Assembly (NCBI GenBank): GCA_036172245.1
Contig: JAYWIR010000068.1
Span: 1-64,000 of the forward strand
From: Raillietiella orientalis
Lineage: Eukaryota
DNA length: 64,000 nt
Direction of reading: 5' to 3'
In this document: in pieces, positions 50,290 through 60,019 of the stretch
Numbering within the stretch: position 1 is the stretch's first letter
Layout of the letters: every line of letters begins with the position of its first letter
Translations under genes and position numbers: made by a program
The notes under the pieces: model-generated
The model's database searches: none
What the model saw: the letters and a program-made list of their open reading frames with translations, nothing else
Told to the model about the DNA's origin: nothing

Positions 50290-52365
50290 ACGAACTGTCC
50301 TGTATTGGCGAGCGGGAGGAGCTTCTCGCCATCATGTCCGTAAAAGACATGGGCTATTTTAAGTAGCGCTGCAAAGGCGCTGCATTTGTGCAACGCTTGC
50401 TGCGCACCACTCTATCAAAAAATCCTTCCGGCAGCCATGGATGACTTCTTCGTGGCGGAGATTTTCTACATTGAGTCGGAAATCTGTAATCTCGACATAC
50501 GGGAAGAGCTGGCGAAATTCGCCACGGTCTATGCGCTGTGGAGGGTACGTAACACCCTCAAGGACTTCCCGTCCATACACAGCGGAGTCGCTGGGGCCCG
50601 GCTTACAATGCCGGACCGCCGTCTGCTTCCCGCGAGAATATAGATGAAAGATACGGTCGTTCACCTGTGGTTCGCAGCCAAAGCTCGACCGTGCGACCAC
50701 TGTGGGAAGGGCAGCGGATGGATAAATGCCCCTCCGGTAAATGCCGTTCTTGCAAAATTAACGGACACCAGCTAGTAAAGTCCCCGGATCTCTTGTAGGC
50801 AGCCAGGCAACGGACGCCGCGAAGCAACGGGAAACCTCCACCAAACCCGACGGGGTTAAACCTGGCGTGGAGATGCGAGATACATGCAGCACTAAGGAGG
50901 ACGGTGGCGACCGGGCCCTCCAGCCATGCGTGCTGCTTGCCGTCTGCTCTCCGCATCAAGCGAGCAAAAAGCCACCGTTTTCCTAGCCGTAATACAGGGA
51001 ACTGCGTCTTCTCGTCGTCTGTTCGTCGCGTGCTGGAACGTGAACGCACTGCAGAACGACGAGAAGAGACGAATCGTAGCGAACGCCCTGCGCCCCTTCG
51101 ACCTCGCGCTCCTGCAGGAGATTCACGTAATCTCAGACGAGGCAGCCCGGTAACGTAGGCAGCCAATTTCAAAAATACCATTTCAACAATGCAGTGGGAC
51201 TGTATGAAAAAGGAAAACAAAGTGGTTTATATTCACCCGAGAACGCGCGTGCCTATTCGCAAGTGATGCGCGCTCTCGTCGTTCAAAAAGAGGAGCTTCT
51301 GAAGATGTCCATCAGATTCAGGGGGTAACTCGTGGAGGTAATCTGCAAGGACACAACACTTGCGCAGAGACTCCTCAGAACCCCTGTACTGATGGGAAGC
51401 CGGAGGCTCCCCTCGATAACGGAGGACCGGTCGGTGATCGTTCACCTGACCGGCATAACATTCCCTATGAAGGAGGCCGTCCGGAACGAACTTAAAAAGT
51501 TCGCAACAATGCATGCGTTGAGGGGTAAGCGCACTCCGTTTCTGGATTACGACGGGGTGGTTGGCGGGCAGACTGCAGCGCGAGTCACGGTTACCGAGGG
51601 GTCCGAATTTCCCCACAAACTGTGCGTCAACGTGCTGACGCACAGTTGACGTGTGGTACGGGGGGAAACCGAAGTTTTTCGGCTTTAGGACAAATCAAGA
51701 TGAGGTGCCCCAACGTGTAGTGCCAGCAGTGCAAAGCAAAGGGACAAACTCGTCGTGTGCCCCTAAAACGTGGTCCGCGTCGAGTACACTTGAAACTCGA
51801 AAAAGCGCGCGGCAAAACAAAGGAAAAACCTGGCAGAACGATCTGCAGCTAAAGAGTTGACATCCGCCACCAAGGCGATGGCCAGCATCGAGACCTCTGC
51901 GGAAAACGCCTACAAGGTTGACGGCGACGGTCCAAATCCATGTAGGCAGGAGATTAACTCCAAAACAAATACCTCCAACAAGCAAAAAAACATCACGAAA
52001 CAGGGAATCCGCGCCGCGACGGGAAAAAACAAAAAGTTCCTGCGTAGTCGTTGAGCGTATTACCAAAATCGAAGAGTTTGGCACTCTCGAACTCGCTGCT
52101 GCTACTGCTCCACCCTCCGTTGACATTTTTTTTTTTTTCAACAAGGAGGGGAGCGGGGCGGCGGCGTCCTTCATCGAGCCCACGCTCGATGACGTCGCCT
52201 TCGAGTGCGCCGCGGAAGCGCTGGATGCCACCTTGCAGCCGACACCTTGCAAGGCTGGCAAGGAGGCCGTCGTACGTCCGGCCTCCACCCAGGAGTCGGT
52301 CACTTGCGACCCCGAGCCGGAGTTCGGAAGCACAGCTTTCATCACCGCGGCACCCCACTGGAATG
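50290..52365 (+). mobile_element. Decayed ORF1/EN fragments (50290-51150) and a family A-like ORF1 fragment (51235-52365)
   Basis: ACWNVN at ~51030; TLAQRLLRTPV..ITEDRSVIVHLTG similar to ORF 32739-34397. Confidence 0.8.
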
Positions 52366-52605
52366 CTTGACAGCGTACTGGCGACCTACACTAACCCCCC
52401 TCCCTTTTTAAGTCTGGCTGGTTGGCACGCCCACCCGACTTTATCAGCCTTCCACGAGGTCGGGCTACGCCACGCACTTCCCACGTGGACAGCAACAGCC
52501 TGTTCCGCATTCCAAAGTCTTCCACGATTGCGGACAAAGACCAGCCACCAAAAAAATAATCTTACAACATAACACGAATTTCCCAAGGTTTTGCATGTCA
52601 GCGAA

Positions 52606-52640
52606 ATGCAATCTGCGTAATACTATTTACCAGATTGCAT
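52606..52640 (-). other. CRESS-DNA virus rolling-circle origin stem-loop
   Basis: Perfect 10-bp inverted repeat ATGCAATCTG/CAGATTGCAT; the loop holds GTAATACTA (52617-52625), i.e. TAGTATTAC on the minus strand. Confidence 0.9.
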
Positions 52641-52659
52641 CTTCTACGCAGTTACCAAC

Positions 52660-52667
52660 TATAAATA
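52660..52667 (+). promoter_or_regulatory. TATA box upstream of the viral rep
   Basis: TATAAATA between the origin and the rep ATG (52725). Confidence 0.6.
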
Positions 52668-52724
52668 CCAATTCGCAGACAGGAAAAGGCAAGTCTTACT
52701 TACTCAGAATTTCACAACGACAGG

Positions 52725-53802
52725 ATGCCATACGTACTATCTTTTAACTGGTGTTTCACACTGTGCAACTTCTCCGAGCAAGAACTCAAAGGAATCAAAG
52801 ACTGGTGTCGCCATAACTGCTTCTTCGCCTGCATCGGGAGAGAAACAGCGAAGACAGGAACGCCACATCTTCAAGGCTACTTCCAGTTAAAAGAACCCAG
52901 AACAATGCCTGGATTAAAACGCAAAACATTCCAAAAGAGTCACATCGAAACAGCAAGAGGCAGTCCACAGAGCAACTTACGGTACTGCACTAAAGAAGAC
53001 AAACAAGCTTGGACATTCTGCAAAATACACGAATCTAACGAACCTCAAGACTACCAGGATCTGGTAAGCACTTATCAACATATTTCTAATACTAATACCT
53101 CAAATCTAGGTACTTCAACTCATTGAGGACGGAGCCGACGAACACTTCATATTAAAAAACCACACGAAGTTTTATAGCAAAAATATTAACTTCGTTAAAG
53201 AATGCTTCCTACTCACGAGAAGCCGAGCACACCCCAATCCCCTTGCTTAACTATAGCTCCGAACATGGCAAATGGACCTACTTATACGCAAACACCCCAA
53301 CAACCGAGAAATCCATTGGTTTTACGACCCTATTGGCAAAACCACGATGGCAAAATTCTTGTACCTTAAAAAGGGTGCAATACACATGCACTCATGCAAA
53401 AAAGCCGACGCAGCCCATATATACAATGGGGAAAGGATCATTGTAGTTGACCTTACCAGAGATAATATGGAGCATGTTCAATACGGATTCATTGAATCTC
53501 TTAAAAATGGTATCATTTTTGACTCTAAATATCAAGGGTCAATTAAATACTTTGAACCACCTCACATCATTGTCTTCAGCAACTGGGAATCCAATTTCGA
53601 TAAAATGAGTTCCGATAGATGGGTCGTCAGAGATATTTCCAAGTCTGAGTCATGTAAGTTTACTAACTGGATGATGGATGATGATGGAACCATACTCCCT
53701 TGGGTTTGCACTTCAAGCCCTGGTACAGCGCAAGTCCTCGACACGCCTGATTCCTCATTGTCACCCCTTTCCCCCTTTTTTGATGAAATAAACAAAACCT
53801 AA
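52725..53802 (+). pseudogene. rep: Endogenous CRESS-DNA virus Rep 1 (HUH endonuclease + SF3 helicase), frameshifted
   Basis: Motif I CFTLCN, motif II PHLQGY, motif III YCTKE; WFYDPIGKTT, IIVVDLTR, YGFIESLKNG, IVFSN; AATAAA at 53787. Confidence 0.93.
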
Positions 53803-53828
53803 CTTTTAGCTTTTTGTATTGCATTCAT

Positions 53829-53942
53829 TTAATATAAACCAACATCTCTCAAGTGCTTAAACTCTATGTAGTATCTTCTCGTTATTCTGAATATGGGAAA
53901 TCCTTTACTCAAAGTTCCGTTCTTTGACTGACGAAAGTTCAG
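53829..53942 (-). pseudogene. Putative CRESS capsid C-terminal fragment 1
   Basis: Manual translation GTLSKGFPIFRITRRYYIEFKHLRDVGLY*, convergent with rep. Confidence 0.65.
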
Positions 53943-53944
53943 CA

Positions 53945-54978
53945 CGCACCGGAAGATCGTCTCCCCCGACGAAGGGGAAGAGATGGCTTCCGGTAGCGAG
54001 AGTGCGATGAGCGTGAAAAACTCCTAGAACCCGTCGCCCGAGAGAATCCCACGCTCCGACACGGAGGGGATGGAGGTGGAACAGGTGCCCCAGGTTCCTG
54101 AAGAGGCCGTCGTCCCTATGGAAATCCCCAACACATGCCCCGCGGCAGGTGCCGCAACGCCACTTTCCCAGCCATAATGCCAGGAATCGCCTCTCGCCGT
54201 CGTCTGCTTTTCGCCTGTTGGAACGTCAACGGGCTGAGAGACGACGGCAAGAGACGTGACGTCGCTGCCACCCTGGCATCGTTCGACCTGGTGCTGCTGC
54301 ATGAGATCCACGTGATCTCCGCAGATCAAGCCCGGGAGATCGAATGGATTTCGGATGGACGGCTGCTGTGGCGCTGCAGCACCGTGAAATCAAGTGGTGT
54401 CGCCTTCCTGCTTCGGCCAGCCATCGAGGCCGCAATAAACGAAATACGGTTCGATGACTCCGATCGCGTCGTTCAGCTGACTCTCAGCTGGTGCGAATCC
54501 ATCGACCTGGTCGTCACCAACCTGTACTCTCCTAGCGGAAACTCCGCGTTGATGGTCAAGGCAAGAAGGGAGTTATCCTTGGCCTAAGACTGATTAGCTG
54601 AGTGAAGCAGGCATTCGCAAAGCCCACCTGATCGCAGGTGATTTCAACCTGCGCCTCCTGTCAGGTGCGCCGGATACGCTCAACGACCGTGTCAACGAGT
54701 TGTGCGCAGAAATGCACACGTGCAACTTGGCCGGAGATACGGACATGGAACGCAGGATCGATCACGTGTTTCTTGACCAGCACCTTTGCTCTCGCGTGGG
54801 CAGGCGAGGCAAGTTACCGTTTGAGCTGTCGGACCATCGCCCGATCGTGCTCAAGATTCACCCGCGCGACAGGGGACCCCTCATCAGCGTGACGTCTTCC
54901 AGGGAACTGGCTGAAGCGCCCGTACGCTGCGGAGCATCTTTCCCAGTTCATAAGAGGCTTCGGGATGCGGACGCTTGA
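53945..54978 (+). mobile_element. Family A fragment: ORF1 end and endonuclease
   Basis: MPGIASRRRLLFACWNVNG, close to ORF 31132-32739; ends at HLSQFIRGFGMRTL. Confidence 0.9.
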
Positions 54979-54979
54979 G

Positions 54980-55853
54980 GAATAACCTCAAAATAGAGGA
55001 GCTTCTGGCTACACAGAAAACCGTTCTCGATATGCCATTTCGAAAAGAGCAGAAACACTCCACAAAGCAACTTAAGGTACTGCATAAAAGCAGAAAAAGC
55101 TACTTGTATATTCGGCTCCCTCGTCGATGAAGCGGAATCCACATCATACGAACAAGTATGGACTTTAAGATCACTTTTCCTGCGCAAAATCTTTCTAGGT
55201 CCTGCTACTTATACAGGCTGGTGCAGAGGAAAGCTTCATACTCCACACCATACAAAATTCTACGCACGCAACATAAATTTAGGAAATAAGGAACCCTTTG
55301 GCAACACTACGATTACGCCAATGTCAAATGAATCTACTAAACATCACACCCGAGAAACATGTACTGGTTTTACGACCCTGTTGGTAACGCGGGGAAAACA
55401 ACCATGGCGAGATATTTTTACCTAAAGAAAGATGCAATTTACATGTATTCTTGCAGAAAAGCAGCTGCGGGAAACATATACAATGGTGAGCCGATAGTAG
55501 TAGTACACTTCACTCGGAACAACCAGGAAGTTGTCCAATACGGCTTCATTGAGTCGATAAAAAATGGAATTATCTTTGATCCGAAATACCAAGGATCAAT
55601 TAAATATTTTGAAACGCCTTATGTACTAGTCTTCGCCAATTGGGAACCTGATTATGGCAAGATGAGCAAAGACAGGTGGACAGTCAAAAATATTCCAAAG
55701 ATGGATGCTATGAAACCAATTTCATGGACCATGGATCAAGGATGCGTTCTCCCATGGGCTTGTTCTTCAAGCCTTAGACCAGAACAAGCCTCTGACTCGC
55801 CCGTTTCCTTCTTAGCTCCTTTGTCACCCTCCAGTAGCCCACATTCTCAATAA
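54980..55853 (+). pseudogene. rep: Endogenous CRESS Rep 2, 5'-truncated
   Basis: PQSNLRYCIK; WFYDPVGNAGKT (Walker A), YGFIESIKNG, LVFAN. Confidence 0.9.
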
Positions 55854-55863
55854 GCAACTTTTA

Positions 55864-55960
55864 TTACAAATACATGGCTCGATTATGCTTAAAAGTCACA
55901 TAAAACTTTTGAGTCAGTCTGTATATCGGATAACCCTTTGTTAGAGTTCCCACCTTTGCG
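55864..55960 (-). pseudogene. Putative CRESS capsid C-terminal fragment 2
   Basis: GTLTKGYPIYRLTQKFYVTFKHNRAMYL*, aligns with fragment 1. Confidence 0.65.
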
Positions 55961-55974
55961 GCCCACCGTCGCTG

Positions 55975-56745
55975 GCGGTTGCACGCGTTTTTCGTGAGCC
56001 CCCGCGAGCGAAACCAAAAAGCAGTTTTCGTGTGTGTGGAAGTGCAGCTGTTGGAAGGCAGAAATGCCTGAAGACGCCGCAGTAACTGCGACGGGAGGCG
56101 TGAGACCCACGTCTCCCCAACCAATGGAAGTGGGGTCATGTCCCACCACAAAATCAGCCCCGCCGCCCCAGCGAGGGCATGGAACAAAGTGGCCGCGGCG
56201 GCTCCGCCGGACGTAGCCGCAGAAGTAAAAGGCTACATAAAGGAGGGCTACAACCCTGCCCTCCTTTATAAGGTAGGCAATTTGTATTCAAGAATCACAA
56301 CGCGGAAATTCGGAAACGCCATCCATAGGATGGGAATTTCAAATGAGGAGAATCTGTGCTTATCCGTTCGGAGCGGCGGGCAGTTCGCGGAGCTGATCTG
56401 CAGAGATGCAGCGCTCACGCATAAACTGCTCTGCATGCCCGTTCCTTTCGAAGGGCGCAATCTCCTCCCTCACACGGTGGATCACTCGATAGTGATCCAT
56501 CTAACAGGTACAACGGTGCGGATGAGCGACGAAGCCATCCGCACCGAAATAAGCAAATTCGCGGAGATATACGCGATGTGGAAGCCCAACGCCTTCACAT
56601 TTAGAGGCGCATTTAGTGGGCGACTTGCCGCTCGCGTAACTCTCCGCGACAATGTTGAAATTCCCCATAAGCTGGAGATTAATGACGAGCTCGTTGATCT
56701 TTGGTACGTGGGGAAAGAAAAATACTGCAAGAAAGACAGCTCGTA
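55975..56745 (+). mobile_element. L1/Tx1-like 5' UTR and first half of ORF1
   Basis: GYNPALLYKVGNL...IPHKLEIN..VDLWYVGK, as in families A and B. Confidence 0.85.
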
Positions 56746-56799
56746 GAGTTCTTTTCAACGCGGCGGCCACTCCCAGAGCCCATCGCGATGTACCTTAGA

Positions 56800-57335
56800 G
56801 GTCTTGGGAGATATCACTGAGCAAACTGGCAAGCTGGTAGAATGCGACATTCAATCATGCCCTTGGGGGCATTCACAGGACATGCATGGAAAAATATTTA
56901 AAAAATGGCAATTAAACCTTCTACGAATAATACAAAATGAACCAAACGAACGCGACCTCCATTGTTATGCCGACTACAAAAGAACTTGAAAAACAACCAC
57001 GGCAAAACATACATACATGCAATATGATGCCATTTACTTAAATAACTGCAAGAACAGCGATGCTGCATACATATACAACGGCGAGAAAATCATTATGGAC
57101 CTCACAATGGACGTCGAGGGACATATAAATTATGGACTCATCGAATCGCTCAAAAATGGTATCATCTGCTGTACTAAATGTACACAAAATTTTTTAAGCG
57201 TCCTCATGATCATCATGGCTAATATGGGCCCAAAGTACGAAAACATGAGTAGTGATAGATGAATTGTCCACTTCATTGACGACAACTCAGAACAAGAAAC
57301 AGAATTTATTGTAACCCACAATAACGAAATAAAAG
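56800..57335 (+). pseudogene. rep: Endogenous CRESS Rep 3, helicase half, decayed
   Basis: YIYNGEKIIMDLT, INYGLIESLKNG, IIMAN, MSSDR. Confidence 0.85.
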
Positions 57336-57342
57336 AATTTAT

Positions 57343-58209
57343 TTAATATAACTTGTCTCTAGCTCCTTTAAATTGAAAATAATATTTTTTGTAGATTCGA
57401 AACATGAAAATTCTTCACAAGCTTCTGATGACCAGGCACTATTATCTTCTCATAAGGCCAATCAGCAGGAACCTTAAAAGTAACATGTTTAGCAATAACA
57501 GGACTGCCAACAAGTATCTTTGTAGTCATCTGAGTATCCTTTTCTGTGCTCAACCATGGGCAACGAGGCCTCGTATACAGTACACAGTCACCTGTGCCTG
57601 TCATAGGCGACTCCTGTATATAAGCCTTTACATAACATCAAACATCTGTCTTTGAATTTATAATAGAAAGATGATATCTTCGTTTGATGCCAAGTCAAAT
57701 TATGAAGCACATTTGAATAAGTTAATTCTCCAAATGTATTCCAACCGTGTTCTTTGGGATTAGCCACAACATAATTAACATAACCATAATTCCCTTCTAC
57801 AGTAAATGTGCCAAGCTGTGCTTCATTCTCATCAGTAACTGTTCCAGATAAAAGTTCAAAAGTCCATCTAACACCAACACGAATTCAAAACAATTAGTCA
57901 TATCCTTTAGACCACACAAATTCAATATTTCTCTATTATCATCATTCAGAAAATAATCCCAGGTCACAAAACACGATATTTGATTTCCCTCATTACGATG
58001 CAAATCATCCATATATATTGTATGAGGAATAACAGCACGCTTAGTGAAATCACGACAACCAAAAGCCACTCTCGAACTTAAAACAATTAAAGGATCAGCC
58101 CAAGTATTCCTCTTTATATAATTACGCCTTTTTGACGATAATTATAATTCCGAACATTTCGCCTGCGACGATATGAGACCGCACGTCGCCTCCCCAAATA
58201 AAACAACAT
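57343..58209 (-). pseudogene. Putative near-complete CRESS capsid gene, frameshifted
   Basis: Arg-rich start MLFYLGRRRAVSYRRRRNVR; TRPRCPWLST; ends FRIYKKYYFQFKGARDKLY*; convergent AATAAA signals at ~57328 (+) and ~57343 (-). Confidence 0.7.
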
Positions 58210-58883
58210 CCGCATTCTTCGCTGATAATCAGGACAACGATAACGCGTTACAACAGGCATCTTTAATTAGACCACTTTAATTAGACTTTCTAATACATTC
58301 TCAACTTTATATTTATTCAGAAATTTCAGTTACTGATTGCATAATTTAAATGCTTCTTCTTCATGAGCTTCCTTTGAAACAATAACTACACTTTACCCTT
58401 CAGTGCTGAAATCATCATTTGGATCATTAAGAGCTGTAATTTTTAACATTTTCAAACATTCATTTCATAAATACCCTATACTATGGCAGAAACATGAAGT
58501 GCTTCTACGCCAAAAAATCGAATGAAAAATGTTACATGCGCTTCGCTATAGACTGGACATGCAATCTTGAAAGGCACTGCAGATTATGTTGGTCATTTTT
58601 ATTTTAAAGATGTACTTCCTTGTCACTTTTTCAACTATTCATGATAGTTTAGATGATTGATTTTGTTCCACGGACTGAGTAGACAAAATCATCAGTAAAT
58701 GCGGACTACAATGGAAATAAAATCGCAGTTAGCAAAATGCATTACACTGTGTATTGGTTGACACTCAAACAGTAAACTATGGAGGGTTGCGACAGTGAAT
58801 TCCAAAACACACGGAGCACATAGGCTAACAATCCATCACTTGCGTAACAGTACAATCAGGTAGATACATAAGATTGCTGCATC

Positions 58884-59965
58884 ATGTTTGCGTTAAGTTA
58901 TGTTAACATGTTTAGGTGTTTTCCCAGTCCGGTTGTTTACCCGAGTATTATTGGCCATGGTTGCAATTTCTCGCGCGCAAATATCACTGTAATATCAATT
59001 TCACAGGTTGAAATTTGTAGAGCAGGAGTTTGTCACCAATATTTTAAATGTACAGGTTCTCCAGCGCAGAGGGACTGGATATATACACTTATACTCCTGC
59101 ATGCTAGAGGAGTCTATGATCGTTTACCACTGTGGCATGCGCTCTCACGTTAGTATTGTTGCACAACAGTTTGCTGTAAACGATAGAACTCATATGTCCG
59201 GAGAAACACGCAATCAACTTCATCAATATGGAGAATTTACAACGTCTAAAGGCCAACTAAGAGCTGGGATTACGCCCAACAGCTCATAAGTTTTCAACCA
59301 TTTATTAGCTTGGCAAATAACAGGCGACAAAGGTAGTTGTCAAGGATCTGAATACATTTACGAGAACATTCATTATTCAAGCGTTATTGTGAGCAAATTA
59401 AGATTAGAAATGAGTTAGCCCTTATAGACGAAGACTGGGAAAAGAATCACATCATCTGCATATCAATTAGCTCTGCAAGACAACTATGGATTTGATGGTG
59501 AATACGGTTACACTAACTGGGATGAACGGACTGCAGAAGGATGCTGCGGTCCTCAATCTCATATAGTACTATATAAAGGGCTCGCCTTCCTAGTTGAATC
59601 AGTAAACAGCATGAAAACTATAATGATCAATACATCCAATACAAAAGCTGCTCTGAGGTTGAAAGATGCTACAACCATCTATCAACATGGGTACAACACC
59701 GAACATCCAAAACTAACTAACAGTGGTAATGAGATTTGGTGCTGTGTTCTATTTTGAGAAAGCATCGTGCAGTCTGAAAGATGTAGGCTTATTGTAGAAC
59801 AACTCCCGATCGCGTATACTAGGCCAATATAGGACTAAGACTGACTGTCACCTATTGCTCCTCCTCTCATCAAATTAGAAGAATCATGGTTTCACATGTT
59901 TCCTCATCCGACAGAAACCATAAAGCCTCTCACTTTAACTCCTACGAGTACAGACAAGTGGAGGT
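58884..59965 (+). pseudogene. Chuvirus-like (Jingchuvirales/Anakin-type) glycoprotein relic, frameshifted and internally deleted
   Basis: Colinear motifs recognised from memory of this family: IIGHGC..NITVISI..V..C, VQVLQ..C..YHCGMRSHVSIV, GYTNW..C..VLYKGLA, TEHPKL, RSRIL, SWF..PHP.E..P..W. Confidence 0.8.
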
Positions 59966-59979
59966 CTTGAAATTTCAGT

Positions 59980-60019
59980 TTTCGTTTTAATGCTGATCCT
60001 ATTTCCCCTTACTCAACGT
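59980..60019 (+). repeat. ~40-bp dispersed repeat, second copy at 62809-62848; probable 5' end of a LINE family
   Basis: TTTCGTTTT(A/C)ATGCTGATCCTA(T/C)TTCC(C/T)CTTA(C/T)TCAACGT at both sites. Confidence 0.7.

Noticed and set aside
52370..52590. Capsid N-terminus or LINE endonuclease start on the minus strand (MRNRLLLSTWEVRG)
   Set aside because: Too short and ambiguous to assign
58261..58290. CTTTAATTAGAC direct repeat as iterons of a third viral origin
   Set aside because: No nonanucleotide hairpin found nearby
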